DNA from: Candidatus Culexmicrobium cathedralense
Lineage (GTDB): Archaea; Thermoproteota; Methanomethylicia; Culexarchaeales; Culexmicrobiaceae
NCBI GenBank assembly: GCA_025061115.1
Contig: JANZKC010000003.1
Coordinates: forward strand, 1 to 64,000
Reading direction: 5' to 3'
DNA: 64,000 bases
In this document: positions 28,093 to 37,110 of the stretch, piece by piece
Position numbering within the stretch: position 1 is the first letter of the stretch
Layout: every line of letters begins with the position of its first letter
Program-made: the position numbers and the translations under genes
The notes under the pieces: generated by a model
The model's database searches: none
What the model was told of the DNA's origin: nothing
What the model saw: the letters and a program-made list of their open reading frames with translations, nothing else

Positions 28093-29721
28093 GTGTATGA
28101 TCTCGTTATTAAGAATGGGCGTGTAATTGACGGCACCGGCAACCCATGGTTTAAAGCTGACATAGCAGTTAAAGATGGAAAGGTAGTTGAAATTGGAGAA
28201 ATACCACAGTCAAAAGCTGATGAAGTTATTGATGCAACTGGCCAAATTGTATGTCCGGGTTTCATAGACATGCACAGCCACTCAGACCTTTTTCTTCTAA
28301 TAAATCCAAAGGCTGAAAGCAAAATTAGGCAGGGCGTAACGACCGAGGTTATCGGCAATTGTGGAGCAAGCCTATTCCCAATATTACCTGGTAAAGTGGA
28401 GATTTTCATGAAGCGAGTTGGCGCATTAGCTGAGGAAGTTACTTGGGACTGGCATACGCTTGATGAATATGCCGAGAAGCTTGAGAATCAGGGGATTTCC
28501 GTAAATGTCGTTCCACTTGTTGGTCATGGCACCTTAAGGATCAATGTTATGGAATTTGAGAATAGAGCTCCAACAAAAAATGAATTGGATGAGATGAAGG
28601 CTTTGCTCGAAGACTCTCTTAAAGTTGGAGCTTTCGGCATGTCGACTGGACTGATATACACGCCTGGGTCGTATGCCAATACTGAAGAGATAATTGAGCT
28701 GGCAAAAGTTGCTTCAAGATATGGCGGAATATATGCGTCTCATGTTAGAAGCGAAAGCACGTGGCTTTTAGAAGCAGTGAGGGAGGCAATTAGAATCGGT
28801 AAGGAAGCTGATATTCCAGTTGAAATTTCACATTTAAAGTCAGCTGGAAGGAGGAATTGGGGAAAAGTTAGAGATGCTTTAAGAATTATTGAAGCTGCTA
28901 GGGATGAGGGCGTAGAGGTTACGTGCGACTTTTACCCATATACTGCTGGAAGTACTGGTCTTGCTGCATGTTTACCTCCTTGGGCTCATGAGGGCGGATT
29001 GGAGGAAATGCTAAAAAGGCTCAACGACCCGTCGGCAAGAGCTAAGATGAAGAAAGACATAGAACGGGGATTGCCTGGGTGGGAAAATCTGGCTGGAACA
29101 GCTGGTTGGGACAGCATAGTTGTAGCTTACTGTGAAAAGAATAAGGAGTATGAAGGATTAAGCATAGCTGAAATAGCAAAGATGAGGGGTGTGGATCCTT
29201 TTGATGCTGCATTCGACCTTCTTCTAGAGGAGGAGGGTGTTGTAAGCATTATTTTGCATATGATCTGTGAAGATGACATGCGATACGTCATGAAGCATCA
29301 GCTAACGATGGTTGGAACGGACGGCTCATGCTATGCGCCGTACGGGCCATTGGCTAGGGGGAAGCCTCACCCGAGGAATTATGGAACGTTTCCAAGAATT
29401 TTAGGTAGGTATGTTAGAGATGAGAAAGTGCTTTCACTGCAGGATGCAATTAGGAAGATGACTTCAATGCCTGCGCAGAAACTTGGATTGAGAGATCGCG
29501 GCTTAATTAGAGAGGGATTTTGGGCTGACATAGTGATATTTGACCCGCATAAGGTACTCGATAAAGCTACCTTTAAGAATCCGCATCAGTATCCTGAGGG
29601 AATAACCTATGTCATTGTTAATGGGAAAGTTGCAATAGAAAAAGGGGAGCATACGGGCGTTTTGGCAGGGAAGGTTTTAAGGAGAGGTTCTCATCGATAC
29701 TCCGCCAATACCAAGTCGTAA
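28093..29721 (+). CDS. N-acyl-D-amino-acid deacylase (D-aminoacylase)
   Basis: PGFIDMHSHSD, GNCG, STGLIY.PG, HVRSE, SHLK, HPRNYGTF; start set at GTG28093 after RBS GGAGGTGG. Confidence 0.92.
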   Translation: MYDLVIKNGRVIDGTGNPWFKADIAVKDGKVVEIGEIPQSKADEVIDATGQIVCPGFIDMHSHSDLFLLINPKAESKIRQGVTTEVIGNCGASLFPILPGKVEIFMKRVGALAEEVTWDWHTLDEYAEKLENQGISVNVVPLVGHGTLRINVMEFENRAPTKNELDEMKALLEDSLKVGAFGMSTGLIYTPGSYANTEEIIELAKVASRYGGIYASHVRSESTWLLEAVREAIRIGKEADIPVEISHLKSAGRRNWGKVRDALRIIEAARDEGVEVTCDFYPYTAGSTGLAACLPPWAHEGGLEEMLKRLNDPSARAKMKKDIERGLPGWENLAGTAGWDSIVVAYCEKNKEYEGLSIAEIAKMRGVDPFDAAFDLLLEEEGVVSIILHMICEDDMRYVMKHQLTMVGTDGSCYAPYGPLARGKPHPRNYGTFPRILGRYVRDEKVLSLQDAIRKMTSMPAQKLGLRDRGLIREGFWADIVIFDPHKVLDKATFKNPHQYPEGITYVIVNGKVAIEKGEHTGVLAGKVLRRGSHRYSANTKS

Positions 29722-30617
29722 ACCATATCTCTTTCAGTCAATATCCCAACAAGCTCATTATTTTCAACTACTGGTAGTGCTCCAATTCTCCTCTCGGACA
29801 TTATTTTTGTTGCTTCGCCCAATTCGGCATCTGGACTTATTGTTATGACTGGAGATGACATGATATTCGATATGGGTATTCGAATTAAGTCGTATATGCT
29901 GCATTTGGGCGACAGCTGAATTGCCCTTTTCAATTGAAATAGCTTTACTATATCCATGGCAACAACTATTCCAACCAGCTTGTCATCAACTATAACTGGA
30001 AGCCTTCTAAAACCTAAATTTATCATGGTTTGGGAAGCTTCTTTAACTGTTGTTTCTGGGGATGCCGTAACTACATCCTTTGTCATTATGTCCTTTACCT
30101 TCTTTCCGGTAACCTTATTAGCCAAATATCGAAGCACATCTCTTTCGGTGATGATGCCAAACACCTTTTCATCTTCATCTACTATTGGGACTGCCCCCAC
30201 ATTATTGACTACCATCCGCTCTAGAACATCTACAAACGTCTCGTCAATATATGCCTTAACGACGTTCCTCACCATTATTGATTCAATAGGCTCTTCAACC
30301 GCCTTATACAAATTTCCTTCATGCCTATTAACTATGATGTTGAAGTAATCTCCACCGCCAAAATAATTCACCAAGTCTGTTGCAGTTACAATTCCTAGCA
30401 GCCTCTTGTCAGGCATGGTGATTGGAACCCTTCTGAATCCGTGGCTTACCATCATTTGAATAACCTCTTTAACTGGAGCTCGCTGGGATGCCGTTATTAC
30501 AGGTTTCTTAACAATTACGCTCAGTTCAAATTCTCTTTCGTAAATTTTATCTGAGAAGTTGGGCTTGCCATCACTCCTTAAAAAGCGAGGTTCAATTCTT
30601 CTCATTTTACATTTCAT
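29691..30617 (-). CDS. CBS-domain-only protein (two CBS pairs)
   Basis: Four repeats of RxPV...LxGI(V/I/L)TxxD; no enzymatic domain. Confidence 0.92.
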   Translation of the reverse strand: MKCKMRRIEPRFLRSDGKPNFSDKIYEREFELSVIVKKPVITASQRAPVKEVIQMMVSHGFRRVPITMPDKRLLGIVTATDLVNYFGGGDYFNIIVNRHEGNLYKAVEEPIESIMVRNVVKAYIDETFVDVLERMVVNNVGAVPIVDEDEKVFGIITERDVLRYLANKVTGKKVKDIMTKDVVTASPETTVKEASQTMINLGFRRLPVIVDDKLVGIVVAMDIVKLFQLKRAIQLSPKCSIYDLIRIPISNIMSSPVITISPDAELGEATKIMSERRIGALPVVENNELVGILTERDMVYDLVLAEYR

Positions 30618-30664
30618 TTAGTCACCGATGATAATTAGGTTAATACAAATATATACGCATTAGG

Positions 30665-31114
30665 TTAATGCGTTACTGCAACTTTATTTCCACCGGCCCT
30701 TTTAACTTCTCTCAAAAGCTTTAACGCTCTCTTTCTCGTATAGCTGTTATATGCATCTCTTCTATTTTTAGCTGGCTTGCCTGTTACTGGTCCCAAAGCT
30801 ACTGCAATAGATATGGAAGCACCTAACCGACTTATTTCCATCCTAATACGCTCTAGATCTTCAATGATTTCTTCCAAATCCTTCTCAGAAATGTCTGGTA
30901 TTTCAAGAACAACTTCTTCCGTACCTCTCTTTTCATCTAAACCATAAATAACCACTGCAAAGTGCTTGCGAACGAATTGCCAGACCAGCGTTGTGAGTGT
31001 TCCAGTAATTATATTTGGCACATACTCGCTCCATCCTCGACTTTTGCTGAGCTCCTCAAACTTGTCTAAATCCATTATTATGACGCATCCAGTTAGCATA
31101 ACTTCAAACACCAA
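30665..31114 (-). CDS. Stand-alone GGDEF-like (nucleotide cyclase palm) domain protein
   Basis: IIMDLDKF, RGTEEV, LERIR, SISIAVA, VKRAGGNKV map in order onto the GGDEF consensus; alternative start ATG31099. Confidence 0.65.
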   Translation of the reverse strand: MVFEVMLTGCVIIMDLDKFEELSKSRGWSEYVPNIITGTLTTLVWQFVRKHFAVVIYGLDEKRGTEEVVLEIPDISEKDLEEIIEDLERIRMEISRLGASISIAVALGPVTGKPAKNRRDAYNSYTRKRALKLLREVKRAGGNKVAVTH

Positions 31115-31137
31115 TTTACTTAATGGTTAAGTTTTTG

Positions 31138-31195
31138 ATTTCAGCTGAGGACCACTTCTTCATCTGGTGGTCGGGCGGGGTATTTTCATCATCAA
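31138..31195 (-). ncRNA. C/D-box methylation-guide sRNA
   Basis: Minus strand: C box ATGATGA (31186-92), 11-nt guide, D' CCGA, C' ATGAAGA, 12-nt guide, D CTGA (31141-44); canonical spacing; TATA about 24 nt upstream. Confidence 0.85.
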
Positions 31196-31218
31196 GAACT
31201 ATAAGAGTGCTAAGGTAA

Positions 31219-31226
31219 ATATAAAA
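31219..31226. promoter_or_regulatory. TATA-like element usable in both directions (rgy and C/D sRNA)
   Basis: ATATAAAA on plus / TTTTATAT on minus; about 24 nt from the sRNA 5' end and 35 nt from the rgy ATG. Confidence 0.5.
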
Positions 31227-31261
31227 TTGGCTGAATTGAAGCGATGACCCGAGGTTGAATC

Positions 31262-34200
31262 ATGAACTCGATTAGGAGTCATGGAATATATAGGCATGCT
31301 TGTCCAAACTGCAGGGGCGAGGAAGATGATGGCAGGCTCTTTCTGGGAGCTCCATGCTTTAAGTGCTTCCCACGTGAAGTTGAAAGTAGAATTTCAATCT
31401 ACAAATTATATGATCTTCTAAGGAATTATGGTTCTCTTAAAGAAGTTAAAGAGCTATTTAAATTGCATAAGGGCTTGGATGAAGTTGATGAGCTTTTCCA
31501 TAAAGCGACTGGAAGTAGGTTGTGGAGCATTCAAAGAACATGGGTTAAGCGTGTTTTGAAAGGAAGGAGTTTCACTATCATAGCTCCTACTGGTGTTGGC
31601 AAAACTGTTTTCGGCATGATAATGGCTCTTTTTCTTGCCTTAAAGGGTAAAAAAGCATACATCATAGAGCCAACCACTCCACTTGTACTTCAAGTTTATA
31701 ATAGGTTAATTAGTTTCGCAGATAAAGCAGGATTAGATGTGCAAATAATTGCTTATCATGCCCGTCTCAAACCTAAAATTAAGAGCGAAGTACTAAGCAA
31801 GATTTCAAATGGGGACTTCGATATTCTCATAACAACATCAAGATTTCTAACTGCGCGATTTGATGCTTTAAAGGGTAAGCATTTCCATTTCATATTTGTT
31901 GATGATGTCGATGCGATATTGAAGAGCTCTAAAAATATCGACCGTATTCTAAGCTTGCTTGGATTTACTGATGACGAAATTGCAGACGCTTACGAGCTCG
32001 TTAAACTTAGGAATAGAATTACCAAGTTAATTAGCTTGCATAGGAAAAGTCCGGAGATCAAAGAGTTAATGGAAAATTACGATAAACTTGTGAAGCGAGT
32101 AGCAAAGATTAAGGGCAAATCGAAATCGATTCTCGTTGTTTCGAGTGCTACGGGAAGACCTAGAGGACTGCGCGTTAAACTATTTAGAGAACTTTTAGGC
32201 TTTGACGTTGGATCTAGGTCGGAGCTACTTAGAAACGTAGTAGATGTTTACTGCAAGGTTTCTCCTGAAAAATCAATTGAGGAGATGATAGTTGAGCTGG
32301 CAAGTAATCTTGGATCAGGAGGACTCGTATTCGTTCCAGTAGATAAGGGTCTCGAGTACGCTGAGAAGTTAGCAGAAATACTTGTTGAAAGCGGAATTAA
32401 AGCTGAAGCTTTTTCCTCCAAGAACATTGAAGCTTTAAGTAGGTTTATTGAAGGGGAAAGCGATGTCTTAGTTGGCGTAGCTTATTACTATGGAGTTATG
32501 GTTAGAGGCCTCGATCTACCAGATAAAGTGAGGTATGCATTATTCGCCGGGATTCCAAAATTTAAGTTTAACACCAAGTTAGATGAGCCTCATCCCTCAA
32601 ATATTCTTCGTGGATTAACGATAATTAGCGAAGTTGTTGAAGGAATTGAGGAAAAAAGGCGAATTGAAAGGCTAATTGCTAGGGTTAGGCGTTACATGCA
32701 AATTTTGCCTGTGGCGCTCTTAAATGAAATTGGTGGCAAGCTAGCTGAAGGCATTAAACCTAGTACTGACGCTGAAAGAGTATTTTACGAGGCTCTTCAA
32801 GTACTTAGGAGCTACTTGGCTAGAAGCGACATCAAGGATAAGCTGAAGAAACTGGAAGATGTAAGGTTGATCGAAGAAAACGGGAAAACTTTCATTTTAA
32901 TACCGGATGTCATGACTTACATTCAAGCTAGCGGTAGGACATCCAGAATGTTCGCTGGAGGATTGACGAAGGGGCTCTCGATTGTAGTGGTTGATGATGA
33001 GCACTTACTTAAGGGACTTATGAAGCGCGCTAAGTGGATTATTGAAGACATGGAGTGGCGAAGCTTAGAAGAAGTTGACATAAAATCCATAATTGATGAG
33101 ATAGATAGAGATAGGCTAGCGGTTAAGCAGTTGCGTGAAGGTAAAATAAGAATGGAATTTAAAGATCCAATGAAGACGGCGCTGATGGTTGTAGAATCGC
33201 CAAATAAAGCTAGAACTATCGCCAACTTCTTTGGGAAGCCTAGCGTGAGGAGATTTGAAGAACTTAAGGTATACGAGGTTTCTACTGGAGAGCTACTTTT
33301 AATGATCACCGCAAGTGGCGGCCACATTTATGACTTAGTGACAGACGTAGGTTATCATGGAGTTTTACTTCCAAAAGATGGTGGAGCCTTCCTCCCAGTA
33401 TACACTGCAATAAGAAGGTGTTTGAAGTGCGGATATCAATTCAGCGATGACCTGGATAAGTGTCCTAAGTGCGGCAGTAGCGTTTTGAGGAATTCGCTTA
33501 AAGTAATTGACTTCATTAGAGCTCTCTGCGAAGAAGTTGATTTAGTGCTGATCGGAACTGATCCTGACACTGAAGGAGAGAAAATTGGGTGGGATTTAGC
33601 TGCTCTCCTCACGCCATACGCGAAAGAGGTTAAGCGAATAGAATTCCACGAAGTAACTAAAAGGGCAATACTGGAAGCATTAAGGAGCGCGAGAAGCTTC
33701 GATACAAATCTCGTAGAAGCGCAGATAGTTAGGAGAGTTGAAGATAGGTGGATAGGTTTTGAATTGAGCAAACGATTATGGAGTGCATTCAAGAGAAGGG
33801 GATTATCTGCAGGTAGAGTTCAAACACCAGTTTTAGGCTGGATTATTGAGAGGGAGAGGGAGTTTAAGGAGAGCTTTAAGAACGTGTACTCAATATTGCT
33901 GCCATATGGCATTAAAGTTGAATTGACGGAAGATGAAGTATTGGAAAAGCTCGTCAAAGCTGAGCTCGTCAAGGCGAAAATTAAGGTCTTGGACGTGGTT
34001 GAAGAAGATATGCACCCGCCTCCACCCTACACGACTGATACTTACCTGCACGATGCTTCTAAAAAGCTTAGGTTAACCGCACCTGAAGCCATGCAAATAG
34101 CGCAGGACCTATTTGAACTAGGCTTCATAACATATCACAGAACAGATAGCACGAGAGTCTCCACATTTGGACAATATGTTGCTAAGGAATATTTGTCTGA

Positions 34201-34909
34201 GAAATTTGGAGCTAAAGCCGAAGAACTTTACATGCCTAGAAGCTGGGGGGAGGCTGGTGCACATGAGTGCATAAGGCCTACAAGGCCATTGGACGTAAAT
34301 AGGGTAAGAGAGCTCATAGCTGAGGGAATAATAACGCCAATAAAGCCTCTAACTAAAAGGCACTTTCTCGCCTATGATATGATCTTTAAGCGATTCATTG
34401 CAAGCCAAATGAAGGCGGCAAAAGTAGTAAGGCAGAAAATAGAGCTAAGCATACTGGGAGTAGCTAGAAATATAGATAGGATCATTAAGGTTAAGGAGCC
34501 TGGCTTCTTAACGGTTAATCCAATAGTAAGAGTTGAGGTTAAAGTCGAGGAAGGCGAAGTAAAGCCGGTAAAAGTTGATGTAAGGCGAAAGGCGCTGGTA
34601 ACCCTTTACACGCATGGAGATGTGATAAGGCTTATGAAGGAGCGCGGAATTGGCAGGCCATCAACCTACGCCAAAATAGTTCAAACTTTAATACAGCGAG
34701 GATATGTTATGGAGACAAAAAGGAAGAAATTGATGCCGACAAAACTAGGCAAAAGCGTCTATAGGTATTTAGCTTCAAAATATGGCAATCTAGTATCGGA
34801 GAAGAGAACTGCAATGCTTGAAGAGATAATGGATCAGATCGAGAGAGGGGAGCGCAATTACATTGAAGTTTTAAGTGAGCTATATAGGGAAATTTCGTCA
34901 ATACCTTAA
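31262..34909 (+). CDS. rgy: Reverse gyrase
   Basis: N-terminal Zn finger, APTGVGKT, DDVD, YIQASGRTSR helicase motifs; VESPNKA, DPDTEGE, SAGRVQ, ITYHRTD topoisomerase IA motifs; 1215 aa. Confidence 0.98.
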   Translation: MNSIRSHGIYRHACPNCRGEEDDGRLFLGAPCFKCFPREVESRISIYKLYDLLRNYGSLKEVKELFKLHKGLDEVDELFHKATGSRLWSIQRTWVKRVLKGRSFTIIAPTGVGKTVFGMIMALFLALKGKKAYIIEPTTPLVLQVYNRLISFADKAGLDVQIIAYHARLKPKIKSEVLSKISNGDFDILITTSRFLTARFDALKGKHFHFIFVDDVDAILKSSKNIDRILSLLGFTDDEIADAYELVKLRNRITKLISLHRKSPEIKELMENYDKLVKRVAKIKGKSKSILVVSSATGRPRGLRVKLFRELLGFDVGSRSELLRNVVDVYCKVSPEKSIEEMIVELASNLGSGGLVFVPVDKGLEYAEKLAEILVESGIKAEAFSSKNIEALSRFIEGESDVLVGVAYYYGVMVRGLDLPDKVRYALFAGIPKFKFNTKLDEPHPSNILRGLTIISEVVEGIEEKRRIERLIARVRRYMQILPVALLNEIGGKLAEGIKPSTDAERVFYEALQVLRSYLARSDIKDKLKKLEDVRLIEENGKTFILIPDVMTYIQASGRTSRMFAGGLTKGLSIVVVDDEHLLKGLMKRAKWIIEDMEWRSLEEVDIKSIIDEIDRDRLAVKQLREGKIRMEFKDPMKTALMVVESPNKARTIANFFGKPSVRRFEELKVYEVSTGELLLMITASGGHIYDLVTDVGYHGVLLPKDGGAFLPVYTAIRRCLKCGYQFSDDLDKCPKCGSSVLRNSLKVIDFIRALCEEVDLVLIGTDPDTEGEKIGWDLAALLTPYAKEVKRIEFHEVTKRAILEALRSARSFDTNLVEAQIVRRVEDRWIGFELSKRLWSAFKRRGLSAGRVQTPVLGWIIEREREFKESFKNVYSILLPYGIKVELTEDEVLEKLVKAELVKAKIKVLDVVEEDMHPPPPYTTDTYLHDASKKLRLTAPEAMQIAQDLFELGFITYHRTDSTRVSTFGQYVAKEYLSEKFGAKAEELYMPRSWGEAGAHECIRPTRPLDVNRVRELIAEGIITPIKPLTKRHFLAYDMIFKRFIASQMKAAKVVRQKIELSILGVARNIDRIIKVKEPGFLTVNPIVRVEVKVEEGEVKPVKVDVRRKALVTLYTHGDVIRLMKERGIGRPSTYAKIVQTLIQRGYVMETKRKKLMPTKLGKSVYRYLASKYGNLVSEKRTAMLEEIMDQIERGERNYIEVLSELYREISSIP

Positions 34910-34957
34910 TTCCAGCATATTTGTCTAAGATCATTAATGGCTCTGGATTAATTGCAT

Positions 34958-36151
34958 TTAGCTTCTTAAATTTACACTCCATCTTTCTGATATCGACTTT
35001 AATCTCTTGAATGCGAATAACTTCTCCTTACTGCCAACTCTCATATCCGATATGATTTGCTCAAGCTCGTAAACTACGCTGTCGTAAACTTTTCGGTTAA
35101 TTGGATATGGTATTCCATCTTTACCTCCAACTGCGAAAGACCATTTAATTGGGTCGAATATGTGTGTTATAGGATCCTTCTTAGATGGCGGTTCGTCGTA
35201 AATGAGTTCTGAAATTAATGCTAGCGCCCTGAGAGTTGAAGGTCCTATGCCCCTAAATAAAAGAAAACTTTCAAAATCCTCAGGCTTAACTTGGAACACA
35301 TTTCTTAGCGCTCTCCAATTGATTGCTATTTCTTCAATTGGCTTGTAATAATCTAGCTTTACGGCTAATTCATTTTTGCCGCTAAACCACCTGGTTATTG
35401 GACAATTCTTTCTCAGAAACCTCTTAATAGAACCTAAATCTCTCTTTAGCTTTGCAGGTCCATGATTAATAATTTCTAGAATCGTATTCCTGCAGCTTCT
35501 ACTCTCTCTAGCAACTAGATTTAAAGTTGATTCGCTTATTTTAACGTCGACTATGGCGTTATGAGGGTCTTCAACGAACTTCCTTACTTTGCTTGACAGC
35601 CAATGATATCTTCTAGCCATGCGCTTTTCAACGTTCATTCCCTGCTGAATTACAGTCCACGATCCGCTTTTTGAAACTATCATTGAGTGGTGATATATTG
35701 AGTAGCCATCTTGAAGAGCTGCATTGTCAATTTTTGCTACTAACCTACTAATTCTAGCAAGCTTCTCTCCATACTCCTCTCCTAAATCAAGCTTGATGGC
35801 TGCCTGTTTAACTTCAATTGGCGTTTCCAGACTTTTCTTCCCTTTACCGCCGGCTATGGCTATTTCAACTTCACTTTTGTTTAGAGCTTGCCTTAGAACT
35901 CCGCAGACAACTGTTGTGGACCCTGAGGAATGCCAATCGAATCCTAGAACATTGCTGAAAGCTTGAAACCACAGTGGATTTGCAAGCCTTTCGAGAAATT
36001 TGTCCTCTCCAAATTCGTTCACGAAGACTGTGATAATTGCATTTGCTAGTTTAACCATTCTATTAAATAGCCATCTTGGAACTGATCCTTCATGTAATGG
36101 TAGTTCTGCTATTCCTTTGATGCTCAATTTTACTCCCAATTCAATATGCAC
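34958..36151 (-). CDS. DUF763 family protein
   Basis: LPLHEG.VP.WLF.RM, DWHSSGSTT, QQGM, ARRYHW, GGKDGIPYP. Confidence 0.9.
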   Translation of the reverse strand: MHIELGVKLSIKGIAELPLHEGSVPRWLFNRMVKLANAIITVFVNEFGEDKFLERLANPLWFQAFSNVLGFDWHSSGSTTVVCGVLRQALNKSEVEIAIAGGKGKKSLETPIEVKQAAIKLDLGEEYGEKLARISRLVAKIDNAALQDGYSIYHHSMIVSKSGSWTVIQQGMNVEKRMARRYHWLSSKVRKFVEDPHNAIVDVKISESTLNLVARESRSCRNTILEIINHGPAKLKRDLGSIKRFLRKNCPITRWFSGKNELAVKLDYYKPIEEIAINWRALRNVFQVKPEDFESFLLFRGIGPSTLRALALISELIYDEPPSKKDPITHIFDPIKWSFAVGGKDGIPYPINRKVYDSVVYELEQIISDMRVGSKEKLFAFKRLKSISERWSVNLRS

Positions 36152-36183
36152 TTTTAGGAATATTTTTGTTGCTGATTTGGTTT

Positions 36184-36591
36184 CTACCTATAAGCTCTGC
36201 GCCTTAAGGCTGTTAACTCTTCGATTGCTAAGATGTTTTCTCTAATCATAATGTTCTTTAATGTTTTTCTAAAATACCTATGAACTTTAACTCCCATTTC
36301 TTCAAGCTCATTTTCAAGTCGTTTTGAGAGCTTTTCACCTTCGCTGTCGAAGTCCATTAGCACTGCTATTCTTTTCCCTTTGAATTTCTCTGCTAATTTT
36401 TCAGTGAATTGAAATATTGGCTTTCTAGAATCGCAGAACCTTATGATTTTACCTCTATATCCATATCTTCTCAGCGCTTTTTCGTCGTGTGACCCTTCAA
36501 CTATTACTGCATCTACGGAGAAATTTAACTCTTCGATCAATTTTTCTATGCGCTTCATTAATTCAAAGTCCGCTTTTCTTTTCCTCTTCAT
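36184..36591 (-). CDS. Small Toprim-domain protein (RNase M5-like)
   Basis: IVEG..D and DFDSEG Toprim motifs. Confidence 0.85.
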   Translation of the reverse strand: MKRKRKADFELMKRIEKLIEELNFSVDAVIVEGSHDEKALRRYGYRGKIIRFCDSRKPIFQFTEKLAEKFKGKRIAVLMDFDSEGEKLSKRLENELEEMGVKVHRYFRKTLKNIMIRENILAIEELTALRRRAYR

Positions 36592-37110
36592 TTACCCTTT
36601 CCTCGCGTGGAGAAGTATGTGTCCTGCTTCTGGTAGGAGCAGCTTTTCTAATGCTAATTTTACAGCTGATTTTGATCCAGGAATACAAGCTAATAGCTTT
36701 CCATTAACTATTCCTGCACATGCTCTTGAGATTATTGCTGAGCTTCCAATCTCCCTATAACTTAAAAATCTAAATATTTCTCCAAATCCTTCGAGTTCTT
36801 TCTCAATAATTTCTTTAATTACTTCATAAGTATAGTCTTTCAATCCTACTCCTGTTCCTCCAATAAATATGATTACATCAGCTTCATTTAGGCTATTTTT
36901 AATGCTTCTCCTAATTTCTTCAGGATCATCTGGAATAATTACCTTATTAGTTATTTCGTAGCCATAATTTTTGATGAGCTTTCCTGCTAATTCTCCAGAT
37001 TCATCTTTTACTTCTTCTCCCTTCATTAATCGGCGATATCTTGAGCTACTTACTACTACGATTTTAAATTTTAAGTCCTTTAGGGCTTTAGCTTTATGCT
37101 CCCTACTCAT
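36592..37110 (-). CDS. moaB: Molybdenum/tungsten cofactor biosynthesis protein MoaB/MogA
   Basis: DESG, IPDD, GGTG...D.T.E, GFGEIFR, SRA, PGS. Confidence 0.92.
   Translation of the reverse strand: MSREHKAKALKDLKFKIVVVSSSRYRRLMKGEEVKDESGELAGKLIKNYGYEITNKVIIPDDPEEIRRSIKNSLNEADVIIFIGGTGVGLKDYTYEVIKEIIEKELEGFGEIFRFLSYREIGSSAIISRACAGIVNGKLLACIPGSKSAVKLALEKLLLPEAGHILLHARKG

Noticed and set aside
33948-33977. 15-nt tandem near-duplication inside rgy (KLVKA/ELVKA); similar one in clp1 at 46645-46671 (GFRKR/GFRK)
   Set aside because: In-frame micro-duplications in variable regions; no evidence of function.
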